This document shows, one piece after another, positions 1-12,299 of a stretch of DNA of 64,000 nt. This DNA comes from Klebsormidium nitens (Eukaryota; Plantae; Klebsormidiophyceae), in NCBI GenBank assembly GCA_000708835.1, contig DF236985.1, positions 62,001 through 126,000 on the forward strand, in the 5' to 3' direction. The position numbers and the translations under genes were made by a program. Within the stretch, counting starts at the first letter, position 1. The number at the start of each line of letters is the position of its first letter. The notes below the pieces were generated by a model that worked only from the letters and a program-made list of their open reading frames with translations, ran no database searches and was not told the origin of the DNA.

Positions 1-40
1 AAGGAGGTCACACGACTGGCGGCCTCAGTGGATGTTCATG

Positions 41-525
41 CTACTCCCGTTCTCGGCAGAATGGCTTGTGCTCTGGCCAGGCGTTGACTTGACATTCCTT
101 CGAGCAATCTGCAAACGAAAGGTCTGATAAGTAGCCCATTCAACGTACAAGTCGCGGGGGCGTGCCATTAAGAGGGCCATCAACTTGATCAACCCAACTC
201 GTATATTATGCCTCTACGTATCAAGTGAAGCAGCACGTGGTACTGCTCTAGGCCTCGAAAGCAAATCTCTCGCGACCCTTTTAGTCCACCTCAGCTTTCC
301 AAGCAGGCCAAGCCATGGATCGCTTTGAAAAGACGGAAGGCTCTGCAGAACACACACTTCTTTCAACAGACTAGCTGAGAAGCCAAGCCAAGATCAACTC
401 AAAGCGGAGCTCCGCCGCCGTACTCACAGCGCATCTCGCGACACCGTCCGCAGGTCCGGAACTTCAGCCCCGGCCCCTCCTTCTTGTCGCAGGCGCGCGC
501 GCTCTCCAGGCCGCGGTTGCACAGA
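41..525 (-). other. C-terminal MYND-type zinc finger
   Basis: C-x9-C..CGRC-x4-YCSKECQ-x3-W-x2-HK-x2-C, completed across a phase-1 intron (427-109). Confidence 0.88.
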
Positions 526-3500
526 GCCTCGACCCTCTTCGGGAGCTCTCCGATCGCCCCAGCCGCCGCGAGCGTGGCCGCCGTCCGTTTGTGGCCGTAC
601 TGCTTCGCGACGTCCAGGGGCGTCAGGCCGTTGACAGGTGGCGGCGTCGGGTTGGCCCCCTTCGCGAGCAGCATAGCCACGGCCTGCAGATATTGAGACG
701 AGATTTGAGCGAGAACTAGTGTCGGGAATTGCCGAGGACGTGTATTTTGGCATAGTGTGCGACTGGTTTGAGGCAAGCGACTGGAAGGGAAGGAAAAGCA
801 AGGTTTCTCTACTTCCTGTACGAAAGGTCCCTTTTTGGAAGCTTCAGGTCGAGCTGGCACATCCATTTCGCGATCGAAAAAGGCCAGGTTTTTGACAGGG
901 CTGTGTCACTATCTCGACGAAATCTCGGCCAGGATTCCCCATCTTGAGCTTAATATAACGGTGACTTCAAACAGGTAATAAGGATGACGGCTATCGAGAT
1001 TGTGTTTGAGCAGATATTTGGCCCTAAACTATGCGCTGAGGAAGCCAACGTGGGGCCGCAAAATGCCCAGACTCCAAAGAACCTTCGGCTCCGAACTAGC
1101 CCCGGCTCACCTCCACTTGGCCCAGCTCCGCAGCCTTGAACAGCGCGGTGGCGCCGTCCCGGTGCTGGCTCTCGTCCGCGCGCGCACCGCTCTCGATCAG
1201 CTGGTCGACGACAGCGGCCCACCCGTACTGGGCTGCGATCGTCAGCGGGCTGCGGCCGCGGTTGTCCGGCTTGTTGACCGCCTTCGCGAGGCCCTGCTGA
1301 CCGCCGCTCTCCCGAATGCGCGCGAGCGCGAGCGCGCACAGCTCCGAGCTGCCGACTTGCGCGATGCTGAGAGAAGGAGAGACATGGACAATTAGAATTG
1401 GCTTCTCCTTTCTGAAAACCAGATGGGTCGTGTATTGGACAGAGGAACAGGTTAGGCAGTCAGACCGTTTCGAAAAGGAGACAGGTCAAAAACTGAAGCT
1501 GTTTTACGTGGCTTTGAGCTGGGCCCTACAACCGAACACGAACTCGCCATTAAGTAGAAGCAATACATTTATAGAGCAGTCTGCGGAGATGTCTCGACAA
1601 CGGCTTCCAAAATCTTTCAAGTCAATAATTCATATTTGTTGTTGCGTCCATGAAGGGGTTCAGACGATACTCACACATGGAGAGCATTCAGCCCGTCTTT
1701 CGTCGGGTAGTCCGCGCGCGCACCGCTCTGGAGCAAAAAGCTGGCCAACTGCAGCCTGCCTTGCAGGAGGGCGTGCATCAGGGCGGTGCAGCCGTCAGCG
1801 TCCCTGTAATGAAAAGAGAGCTTATCAAGAGGAACATCTTTTTTCGTACAACTTCCACTGCGAGTATCCTCTTCAGCCTCCAGATTAGTTCCTGGCGTCT
1901 ACTGGCTGACAAAGCTTCTGGAAAGTCGCTCGTATTACAAACAAACAGGCCACCCTGATCCAGACTTCGGAACGATTCTTTCTCCCGCCATCTTACAGCG
2001 ATTGGTAGAGCCCGATCTGATATCTTTTTCTGAGTTGAACAATAGTGGGGGAGTCGAAGCTGTTTCTTACCGAGCGTCAACCCCTTTCGCAGGCAGGCGC
2101 CCGATCAGGCCCTTCGCTAGCTCGGCCAGCGCTTCTTCCCGCTCCTCCTTCGGTACGTCGCCCAACCGTTCGTCTTCCGCCTGCGCACCGCCCAAGAAGA
2201 GCTCGTCCCACTCCTCCTGCGCCCCATTTCCGCTCGATTCCGCCGTCTGTTCCGGCACCACCGGAACGGACTTCTCTTCCGGCTCAGTCGGCTGCCGCGG
2301 CCCCTCTTCGTCGCTGGACGATTCGCTTGCGGCCGGCGACTCGACTTCTAGCAGCGCAAACCCGCCCGTCTTCTTTTCGTCACCGTTGCCTGCGGCTGCA
2401 TTCCGCTTTCCGCTCGTCTCATCCTTCCGCGTTCCGTCCGTCTCAGCCCCCTTCTGCTTTCCGTGCGCTTTCTCGGCGTTCCCCCTGCTCGCTTCCGCTG
2501 CCGGCCACCATTTCAGCGGAGTGTCGACCCGAATGCGCCCGGTCTGGGCCACCCTCCTGTTTGCTTCGTCCTTGGGCTGGGGTGCCTTTGGAGGAACAGG
2601 TCTTGGGGCTATCCCTTTGGTCTCTCTGACACGTGTCAGCACCCGGATTGCTGCGGTTTCAGCGTGCGGGTCCGCGGGCGCCGGGGTTCCGGGATCCGGG
2701 AGTTGCGGCTCCGTTTCGGTCGGGAGATGTTCCGGCGTCGGGACGGCCAGTGTATCCCAGTCAACGAAGTTGGTAGGCTCTGCTGACGCGGTTTGGGGGA
2801 TTGGTTCTTCTGGCGCCGGCAGAGGGGGCGGCGGGGCAGCCTTGATGGCCTCGGCCTTGAAGACCTGGAGCATCTCGAGCCCTTGCTCAAATGGCACCTG
2901 GCAAGGACAGCAAAACGGAGCGGTCAATTTTTGGAACACTTGGGTACCATTTCAATTGAAGCTGTCGACTTCATTGAAGGGCGTCACCTGCATCCACCAG
3001 CCTGTTTGGAAGTACTGGATTTGAGAGTCCCCGGGGCCCTACTCGTAAATGCATGCATAAACGATAAAAATGCATGCAAGCACAATGTCTAACTTGCTTC
3101 CAGTATTCCGGTTCACGGACATTGACGGAAAGATCAACCTAAGGATTGAAATGTTGTGAAACTTGACTTGCTGCACGACACGATCGATCTAAAGCTAGAA
3201 GGAGCTTACGAAGCAAGGACATAGCGGCCTTTATTGCGGCAGCAAACACGTACTTCAAAAGCAGCTCAAAATTCAACTGAATACTGTTAGTTCCTACCTC
3301 CTGCATGTCCCGGCTGACGGTTACCGGCTTCCGGTCGTTGTTTGTCAGCAGAATGTGCTCCAGAAGTGTGCCCGGGACGTCTACCACCAGGTGCCACTTG
3401 ACGGGGAAGTGCCCGCCCCAGGGACTCTCCTGCCAGATGTCGAGCGCCTCGTCTTTCACACGACCCGTCTGCAGACAGCAGAAAAAGCTCAATTCAATGA

Positions 3501-6500
3501 AACTTTATTGCTTCGAAATCATTGAAAAATTCGTTTGCCAATCGAACACTCGCACCCAGAAAATAGCCCCAGAATCTGCTGAGTAGATGCAGCGCGCAGG
3601 TATGTTCAGCGTCCAAGAAAGCGAGACATTTGTGATAGCTTCAAGGCCAATAAGTGACGCTGATCTATGACAGGATAGCGAAAGTGGTTCAGCTGTCAGC
3701 TAAGCCTTTTAGATTGGCAGATACGATGTAACTTTTGCAGCGGTCTTCACCATCTCTGCCACTCCGCAGAAGACCCCGCTGGCGTTCACCGTCAGGAACA
3801 GGTACAGCGGTCCCGCGCCCTCCCCCTCCTGCAGCCTCCGGTACGCCATGTCCATCTTCTTGTTCCCCGTTCTAGTTACGCTCGTCCACGCCGAATGCTC
3901 CAGGCTGTTCTCCAAATCCTCCCTGCTGTTCCCGATCGCGACGAAGAACCGGGCGAACGGCGGGCTGTCGGCGAAATCTACCGGGTTTGTTTCCCCCCGC
4001 CTCGGAGCCGGCTTCTCCCCGACCTTCTTGCCGGCCTTCGCGCGGCCGCGCCGCGCGGCAGCCTCCGCGCGCTCCGCCTCCGCGCGCTGCTGGCGGACTC
4101 GCTCCTCCCAGTCCCGGAACTTGACGTGGTCCGCCAGGATCTGGCGCTCCTTCTCGAGCCTGCGCGCGCGCGCGCGCGCCTCCTCGTCGGGCGGCGGCCC
4201 CGCGGGTCTGACCGGCAGCTGACCCTTCTTGGCGGGGGCATCTACCTGGGCGCTGGTCGGGGGAAGTTCCCAGAACTGGGGTTCTTCAGCTTCGCTAAAA
4301 CCGTCTTCCGACCCATTCATCCTGCCCTGTTGAGACCCCGGCATCCGGTTGGACGCCCGTGCTTCTGCCGCTTCTTGGACCCGGTGCGTCCTGCCCGGCG
4401 GGCCCTTCTCGGTTGGTAGGGAAGTTTTGACGGCTTTGGGCGGGGGAGCAGCAAACTGACCGGGGCCCGGAACCCAGCCCCGGGCTTCGTACACCGCCGG
4501 GGTCCTGGGCCTGAGGAGCATGTTCCTGGATAGGCATGTGATTGCGTCAGATGGGCAGCATTTTGACGAAGAATCGAGCTCCTCCTTCGTTGTCTAAATA
4601 AGACTTTCTGCTTAGAATACAATTTAACAAGTCGGCAATTGAAACCCTGAGCAAGGATCAAAAATGCTGATTCCAGGGCGCCTGAAGTATGAAACAAACA
4701 GATAAGATGAAAGGACACGAAATGTACGATAAAAAGAAAGAGTAACCCTGTGAATGCAAAGTGTACCTTCAAAACTCGCTATGAACTTTTAAACGGTGGG
4801 GAACGTTTCAAGCTGTCATGTGGAAGAGGAATTCAGCAAAAGGTAGCTCGACTATCTTTTGTGAAGAGTTTTCAACTGGCCCCTGCATGCGAACTGCACT
4901 GGAAACAAGATTTACTGAAACGCACCTGAACGGGGCTCTGTCCTTCTTAAATAGCAGCAGTGCGTCCATGGCCGCGTCCTCGTCCTTCAGGCACATGAAC
5001 GCCGCCCCCTCGATTCGAACGCCGTCTCTAGTTGTGAGGGTGCGCGAGTTGATCAGCCGGATGGACATAACCTTGAGCCCTAGGTTTCTGAAATGCTCCC
5101 ACAGCTTCTTCTCGGTAAAGAGCTTCTCTGGAATGTTTCCCACCCAGATAGTCCTCCGCTGGAGTTCTTCCTCGCTCAGCGGTCCGGTCTTCTCTTCTCT
5201 TTTCCCCACCGGTACTGCAGCCGCGTTGCCCTCTTCACCCTTTTCCCCTTCTGCCCACCCCTTATCTTCGATCGGCTCCTCGATTCCCTCCTCCTTTCCT
5301 GCCCCACCTTGCTCTTTCTCATCCGGTTTCTCCGCAGCAGTCCATCCGGTATCGGTTCCCCCCTCTCTCGCTTCCTCCTCTCCGTTCCCTGTAGCTATCT
5401 GGCGAACGGCCGCTCTCACAGCCGCAACAAAGCCGCCTTCTTCTTCACATGGTGCGCTCTCAGTTCCCTCCACGCGCGCTTCGGCTTCTTCTTGCTGCTC
5501 CCCGGTAGAGACTTCTCCCCCCCCTCTACCAGGCAACGCCCGTCCCGCCATTGGAGCAGCCGCCTGACTGGAGGGCCCTTCCGACTGGTCCTCGGTGGAC
5601 CACTTGTCGTCGTTGTTGTCGAAAACCGAGCTAGTCGCCGACTCGTAGCCTTCCTCGTCTGAGAGACTCTCCCGGGGGCTCTTTACGCTCAGGGAGCTCT
5701 TCACCGACTCGATGGGCGAGGCCTCGGTGCTCAGGCTAACCGGCGACGCGCGTGAATGCGCGCGCTGGCCGCTGGGCGTACTGGGCAGGGTTTCGGGCGT
5801 TGGGGTCCGGCTGGAGGTCGCACTCTGGTCTTCACCCACCGGGCGCCATTCTTGACTCTGCGGGGGAGTCGAATTGCGCCTGCCCAGACCCCCCGGTTCG
5901 TGCAGAACTGCGCGCTCGCGCGCGGTGCCTGGCCTAGGAGAGCTAACTCGATCCGCTTCCTCAAACTGCCCCGGTCCCACAAACCTCTCCCCTACCCTTC
6001 CGGAACTTCCTCTTTTCAGTCCCTTAGATTGAGTTGCAGGGCCGGGCTTCTGGTTGAAGTTTCGTTGACCGAGAGCTTGCGGAGGGCCCCGGTTCTGGCT
6101 GGCTATCCCCTGCTCAGCTTCGACCCACGTCCGGTCGTAGTATCCGCCGCCGCTCTCTAAGTCGGTGATGAATTGCTTCTGAGAATAGCGCTTGCCCTTG
6201 CGGGTTGCCCTCCCCACCTCCTCGACGTCAGAGGCCTCCTCGTCTTCGATCTCGTGCGGGGCGGTTATCCTGACTGCTTTGGGTTTGCTTTCTACCGGTT
6301 GCGCCGGCTGCGGAGCCGGTCTTTCAACCACCGGCCTGCCCTGCCGCTGGTTCGCCCCGGGCTTCCTGAGCTTCCTCAACCGGGCGAACTCCTCGGCTTC
6401 GCTGTCATCTTCCTCAAGATCATCTGGCGCCACAATCCCCCCAGCGTTCCCCGCTCCTGGCCACCGGGACGGCCCACTCTGGACGTGCTCGTGCGCCGAG

Positions 6501-9500
6501 CCCCCGGTTGTCGGCCGGTTCACATTCCAACCGGAAGGTTCGCTCTGGGTGCTCCCGTGGGCGGAATCTCCGGTCGGGGGACGATCACCGTGCGCCCCAC
6601 CCAGCGCCAAGCGCGCGGCCGCCCTGCTCCGCTCGGCAAGGCCCGCGAACATCGTCGCGGACGCGCCCATCGCGGCCGCGCGAAAGGCGGTCCTCTCGCC
6701 GTCGGCCCGCGTCGCAACCTCCGCCTCCACAGCCTTGTTCTGGGGCACGTGCCCCGTCTGGATCACTCTCCCGGTCGCGTGCTCGGTTCCCTCCGTTTCT
6801 GGAGGCTGGGGACTGCTATCTTGTAGCTCTTCGGCTTCTTTCAGCACGTCCGGAAGGCTCGGGAGATCGTCTTCACTCTGCTCGACCATCTCGCTCCACT
6901 GTCCACTTTTGGGCGTCTTCGGACTCTTGAGTGGCTCCACCGGTGCTTCTTGCCGCCGCCCGTTTGATTTCGCGAGGGGAGCAAAGACTTGCGCGCCCTT
7001 GTCTCCATCGTCGAGCAACAGCCTGCCGGGTTTACCTTGGCGCCTTTCGGGACTACTTGGGTTACTTTCAGAGCCCCGCCTCTCTTTCGAGCTTTGCCTC
7101 TTCAGCTGCACGAGAGCGCCCTCGAAAATTATTGACCCCCTCTCTCTGGCACTCCCTGTTCCCGCTTCTTCCCATTCCTTAGGGGGCAATGAACCGCTCA
7201 GCTTGCTTCGCAACACCGCCCTATCCAGCTCCCCCGGTCCCTCCTCTCCTTCCGACTGATGAGAGATTCCCCACCGTCCCGTCAACCGCTCTTCCGCTTC
7301 TTTCCTCCTTTTCTCCCAGACGTTTTCTCTCTGTAAGTCCTCCGCCCGCCTGGTACCGTCTCTTCCCCTCGGGGCTTCCGACTGGTCGGGGGACTCCTCC
7401 GGGGCGAAAACCTCCGGCTTCGACCAGGCCTTTATCTTCACCTTCTCCAGCTCCGCCTTCTTCGCCTTGAAAGCCTCCTGTATCACCGCGCGCGCGAGCC
7501 GCTCCCCCGGTTTCTCGCCTTTTCCGAACTCCATCTGAGGGCCCACCTTCACTTTCCAGTCATCTTCCGACGGTGGGAGTTGCTGCCGCCCGGTCTTCAT
7601 CTTCTGGGGGATCCCTCCAACAAACTTCCCGTCCGCCTCGAGCTCCTCCCAGGTCTTTTCCGAGTCGGGCTTTAGAAGAGGCTCTCCCCGTGCAGCCTTG
7701 GCCTGCATCTCATCGAAAAGCTCCTCCCAGGTCTTTTCGCGGGCCTCCTTTGCCTCTCTCCCCGCCGGAGCTTCTCCACCGTCTTCCGCCTTCCGGTCCG
7801 GTTCCGCGGAGCCGCTTTCCTCCCCGTTAGCCGTCGCCAAGCCTAGCATCTCCTTCCAGAAGTCTGGACCTACTACCGACGCTTCAGAGACCTCAGAATG
7901 TTCCAAAGACTGCCCCGGTTGCGCTTCAATTTTAGCTGCGACTTCCAGCTTCCCGGCTTTAGACAGACTCTGCCGTTCCGCTCCTCCGCTCTGACCCTCG
8001 TCCGTTCCGCCAGAGCCGCCACCAATGAGAACTTTTAGCAGGTCGTCTATCTCACCCTCTCCTCCGCCCATCTCCCGGCTTCGACTGGAAGAGCCGTTCT
8101 CCGTCTTTCGGTGCATCTCGAATCCTGGCGGAGGCCCCAGCTTTGGAGTGAACCGCGTCGGCGGCCGCGACGCTTCTTTGCTGACTTCATCGCCCCTGGG
8201 TTCACCGAAGGACAGCTTCACACCCTCAGGTTTTCCGAAGTGGGGAAGAAGCATCGACAGGACCGACGAGGGGATGCCTCCGCTGGATGTTCTCTCCGCC
8301 TCCGGTTGCGTGTCTGCGGTCTTTTGCGTTTCACGGCTGGCCACTTCCGCTGTTACTTCGCTTCCCCGCTCCGGATTGCTGACGTCCGCGTCAGCGTCAG
8401 CATCAACGCTGCGAGTCTCCTCAGCAGCTTCTCCGCCCGCGAAGTCCTTTGATGGCAGCTCCGGCTTGTTGGTCACGTCGGTAGGCTCAAGTTGTGAAGC
8501 TTCTGACGAACCGTTTCGGCTCTCCTCTTCGGACTTTGACGTCATTTCAGCTTCTGGCTGCAGCCCAAAGTCGCTGGCTGCTTCGACGCCTCCTTCGCTA
8601 AGTTCTCTCAGACTGGATGCGACCGGACTCTCGATTTCAGTCTCTTCTGCAGCTTCTGCGGTTTGCCCTTCCGAAGGAACCACATCCGCTTTAGCAGCCG
8701 CCCCCGGTTCTGCCTGAGCGCTGGAAGGCTTCTCGTCCTCCTTTTCGATGCTGGGCCCCTCTGCGACTTCGCTTCCGGAACCGCTCCCTTCCAAACGATC
8801 CTCACCCTGCTCCTCCTCTTTGCGCGGTTGCTTTCTAACTTCCAGCTCCTCCTCCCCTTTTTCTTGTGCCGAACCCGCTTCTTCAGTTTCCCGTCCGTCC
8901 GCATCTGCTTCCCCATCCGCTTCAGTCTGTTCCTTAATTTCTTCTGAACCTTCTTGCGACTCCAAAACGACCTCCGCCTCCACCTGCTGGTTCGAGCTGC
9001 AATCTCCCGACGGCTTTGACCGAGCGTCTGACTCTTCTGAGCTTCCCGAACATTCCGCCCGCTCCGCCCCAACCTCAGGCGCTGCCTCTGCTCCCCCTTC
9101 CCGAACAGCTGCCCTTTCTTCTTCTAGGCTGTTTTCACTCTCCGGTGGACTTTCTTTGGCTTCTTCGACCTGGGCGCTTCTTTGCTCCTCCTTCGAAGAC
9201 GCTTCCACAATCTTGACGTCTTCCTTTGTACCCTCTTCCGGCAGGTCTGGCGCGCCCTCTACCCGGGCTTCAACCGAACCTTCGGAGCTCTCAATTGCTG
9301 CGTCCTCTTTGCCCTCGATCTCACCTGTCACACTCTCCTTTCCGACACATTGGTTCGCAGACGCCTCTGAGTTCTCTACGGATGCTTTCTCCGCCGGGAG
9401 AATGTCCGTTTCCCCCATCGCCGTAACTTCGACGACTGCTTGGGCAGACTCCGAAGCTGCATCGCCCCCCCGGTCAGATTCCGTTCTGTCACTTTCCGTT

Positions 9501-12051
9501 TCTCTCTCCTGCTGTTCCGTAGCCATTTTCTCCGCTCCATCCAGCAACGTTTCTTCCCCAGCGGCAACTTCAGAAGCGGTCGCGTCCTCAGCGTCACCAT
9601 CAGACGCCCCTTGAGGTTCTTGACTTGTTTCCGCTTTCTGGCTATCTGTTACCGAATCAGCCGGCTTCTCCCTCTCCAGAACCTCTTCGTCCTCTTCAGG
9701 CTCGCTCTTGGCCTCAGACTTCCCCCCTGGAGACTCAGCAGCTTCCGTCGGCGCGCCATTGTCCTTCCCCTCTGCATCCGGTTCCGGCGCTCCGTTCACA
9801 GCCTCAGTTGATTCCTCTCCGTCTGCGCTGGCGAAAGCGACCAGATCTGTAGCGCTTGGTTCCTTCGTGACACTCCTCCCACTCCAGCCAGTGCTGTCGC
9901 TGTCAGCTTCTGCTTCTTCTGATCTGGCTTGGCCTTCTTCGACCTCGCTGCCCTCTTCGCTCAGCGCCTCCAGGGTAGGACGCCTCTGCCACGTTTCACG
10001 CCTGGCAGAGTCTGTGGGGACCTCTGGGGTTACGGCTGCTCGGGACTTGGGCAACTCCGTCTGGAAAAAAATGTGGGTAAGTTTCACTCTTTGTATCCAG
10101 CCTCTCAGACTCTCAAGTTCCAATAAAGCACATTTCCTTCTGACAAGAATCTCTGAGGGTCGTTTCCTCTTCACACGCTTCAGGGCACGCAAGTTGAGCT
10201 CAACTTTACTCGGTTTGAGATTACTTTTCGGGTCGAAATGCAAACATTAGCGCTTCTCGCATACAATCTTGAATCTTTCACCTGCACGCACGTCCTTTCA
10301 GCCGAATCTCTTTTGATCGCTTCAAAGCTTCTCTGCGCCCCGCGAAACTGATCTTCGTTGTAAAGTGGTCCGCATATTCCAAGAAAGAACGGTGTACTTT
10401 CAAAAGATACGAGCTACAGATCTTTGATCAGATTGAGAACGATAAAGTGGTACCAGTAAGCTGACCCTTCTCACCTGCATGTTCGACTGCAGTTCACGAG
10501 ACATGATCCGCAGCTTCGTAGAGTCGACCTTCGGGAGAGCTCTCTGGACCGGCGCTGGCCTTGGCGGAGGCTGCTGGGGTCTTTGAAACCACATGTTCTG
10601 CGGTCTAGGAGTGAAGTACTGGGGTCCACGAGGTGCCAGAGGAGGCCGCTGATCAGTTCCTGGCATCCTGCCACGTGGAAACTGCTGATTTGCCACAAAC
10701 GGAGGTGCAGCAGGGGAAAGATGCGGCCTGGGAGGCCTCTGGAACTGTCCGTACGGACCGAACTGAGGCGCTTGGAAAGGAGCGTTGAACTGGGGTGCTT
10801 GCGCGGGGGTGTTGAACTGGGGTGCTTCAGAGGGGGGCCATTGTGGTGCCAAAGGCGGCCGCTGCCCTCGAGCAGGAGGCGGCTGTTGAGGGTGACGTTG
10901 CCAGTCAGGGGGGTAGGCTTCGCCAGCCATCTGGGGGGGGTGGTTGAACTGCGGCTGCGGCTGTTGCTGCGGCCGCGGTGGAATCTGGGACGGAGGAGAC
11001 CAGCTGGCTGCCGAAGGGTTTAAGCCGGGGTTTGGGGGCTGGTTTGGGGGCTGGGTGGCTGTAGACTTTGGCTGCTGCTCAGGCTGCGCCTCTGGAGGGT
11101 TTTGGGCCGGGCTGGAGGGCTCCGAAGCTTGCGTTGACGACGACGGAGAAGCCGGCTGGATCGGTAGTTGCATGAACGGGTTGAAGAAAGGGGAGGCCCC
11201 TGGCCAGCCGATGGGGATTCCCATGCCCGGCTGAAGTCCAGGGGTTGGGAAGAAGGGGGTTGGGAAGAAGGGGTACTGGTATCCGGACATGAACATCTGG
11301 AGAAAAGGAAGATTATCATTCAGCAGACCGAAGTTTACGAACTCTGGAAGACACCTGATCGTCATTGAAATCTGTCCAGCTGCTAGAGCAGAAGCGAAAG
11401 GTTCCGTGGTCTGCCAAGTGAGACTCGGAAAGCAAACCTCTTGTTGAAGCGTCTTTATCGCATCGATCGTGCTGCATCGAGATAATCCAGATTCTCATCC
11501 TAGAGAAGCAAAGGTTGTAGAGTAAAAGCCGAAAGGAACGTTATTCGCACGCAAACCCTTCTGCTTACCTGCGCCGGAAGTCCTGGCACAAGCCCTGGAT
11601 ACAAGCCAACCGGTGTCGATCTGCCGCTACCACCCTCCTCGTTCGCGGACGATGCTTCGCTGGATGCTTCACTCAAGTTGTAAGACGCGCCTCCAACGTT
11701 GTCATCTGCCACTTCAACGATTTCCCTGGAATACGCAGCCCGGCCATCTTCTGTGACAAATCCATTAGCCTCAGCAGCAGCAATTTCTCCAGGGCGCAGC
11801 TCTCCTTCGTAGGATCTGTCACCATTCTCCACTACCCCTCGATATTCCTCGACAGGACGGAGATGGTTGTCATAGACTGAGTTTGAGTACATCCTCCAGG
11901 ATCCCGCTTGCTGCCTGCTAGTTTCTTCGCTCGAAAAGACCCCGTTGGAAAAGTCCTCTGCAGAAGGCCGGACTCTTGATGGAAGTAGGTCTGGGTCAGC
12001 TTCGCTGCTCTGCTCGGCTTCTTCGTCATCAGCACCTTCTCTTGTAGCCAT
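41..12051 (-). CDS. Large multidomain RNA-binding protein: Pro/Gln-rich and acidic disordered region + RRM + YTH + ankyrin repeats + MYND zinc finger (10 exons, 2973 aa as modelled; 5' end uncertain)
   Basis: Hand-spliced exons (minus): 12051-11569, 11296-10475, 10060-4926, 4525-3751, 3468-3298, 2897-2071, 1803-1675, 1366-1111, 683-428, 108-41. All introns are GT-AG and phase-compatible; the total of 8922 nt is divisible by 3. Junctions rebuild motifs: APFR|NMLLRP (RRM end), GVAEM|TGRV..DIWQESPW and SRDMQE|VPFEQGLEMLQVFK (YTH), GVDAR|DADGCTALMHA and LH V|IAQ (ankyrin), CGRCREMR|YCSKECQVNAWPEHKPFC (MYND). Confidence 0.85.
520..2110 (-). other. Ankyrin repeats (about 5)
   Basis: DADGCTALMHA..LLQSGARAD; DGLNALHV; DNRGRSPLTIAAQYG..LIESGARAD; DGATALFKAAELG..LLAKGANP; NGLTPLDVAKQYGH. 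Confidence 0.9.
2850..3965 (-). other. YTH domain (YTHDF/ECT-like), spread over three exons
   Basis: FVAIGNSREDLENSLEHSAWTS..GNKKMDMAYRR..LYLFLTVNASGVFCGVAEM / DIWQESPWGGHFPVKWHLVVDVP..LEHILLTNNDRKPVTVSRDMQE / VPFEQGLEMLQVFK follows the YTHDF consensus (NGNKKLDAAY, SVNASGQFCGVAEM, FPVKW, NKPVTNSRDTQE). Confidence 0.93.
4926..5160 (-). other. RRM domain at the 3' end of the giant exon
   Basis: RRTIWVGNIP (RNP2-like) ... IEGAAFMCLKDEDAAMDAL (RNP1-like plus helix 2); the last strand continues into the next exon. Confidence 0.8.
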
Positions 12052-12299
12052 ATTGCTCTGCTTCGGATGCAACAGCTGACTGTGAAGAACTTTGAATATT
12101 GGGCCCTTCTTGAGCAGCTTCTTCCCCTGCAAATCCTCCACGAGAGCTCTCTGACCTTGCTTCAGCGAATTTCAGCGGACTCTGTTCGGCCCTAATCACA
12201 TTCCCTGACAAGTCCTCTAGACTTAGGGTTCCGCTGGGAAACGCAGCAACCAAACCTCTGCAACTGAAACGGAATCAGGTCACCTTCAAGTCATCTCGA

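Noticed and set aside
2984-3045. Possible extra exon (IQYFQTGWWMQ|GT) inside the YTH intron
   Set aside because: The YTH consensus is continuous without it (SRDMQE|VPFEQG) and there is no convincing in-frame acceptor.
41-4525. Treating the ankyrin-MYND part and the YTH part as separate genes
   Set aside because: No stop follows YTH, and the exon ending at 2071 splices in phase into the first ankyrin repeat; no independent start is evident.
2002-9811. Long plus-strand ORFs (2002-3024, 4818-5567, 6192-7259, 8025-8717, 8748-9614)
   Set aside because: Antisense shadows of GC-rich minus-strand exons; Ser/Pro-rich with no domain signal.
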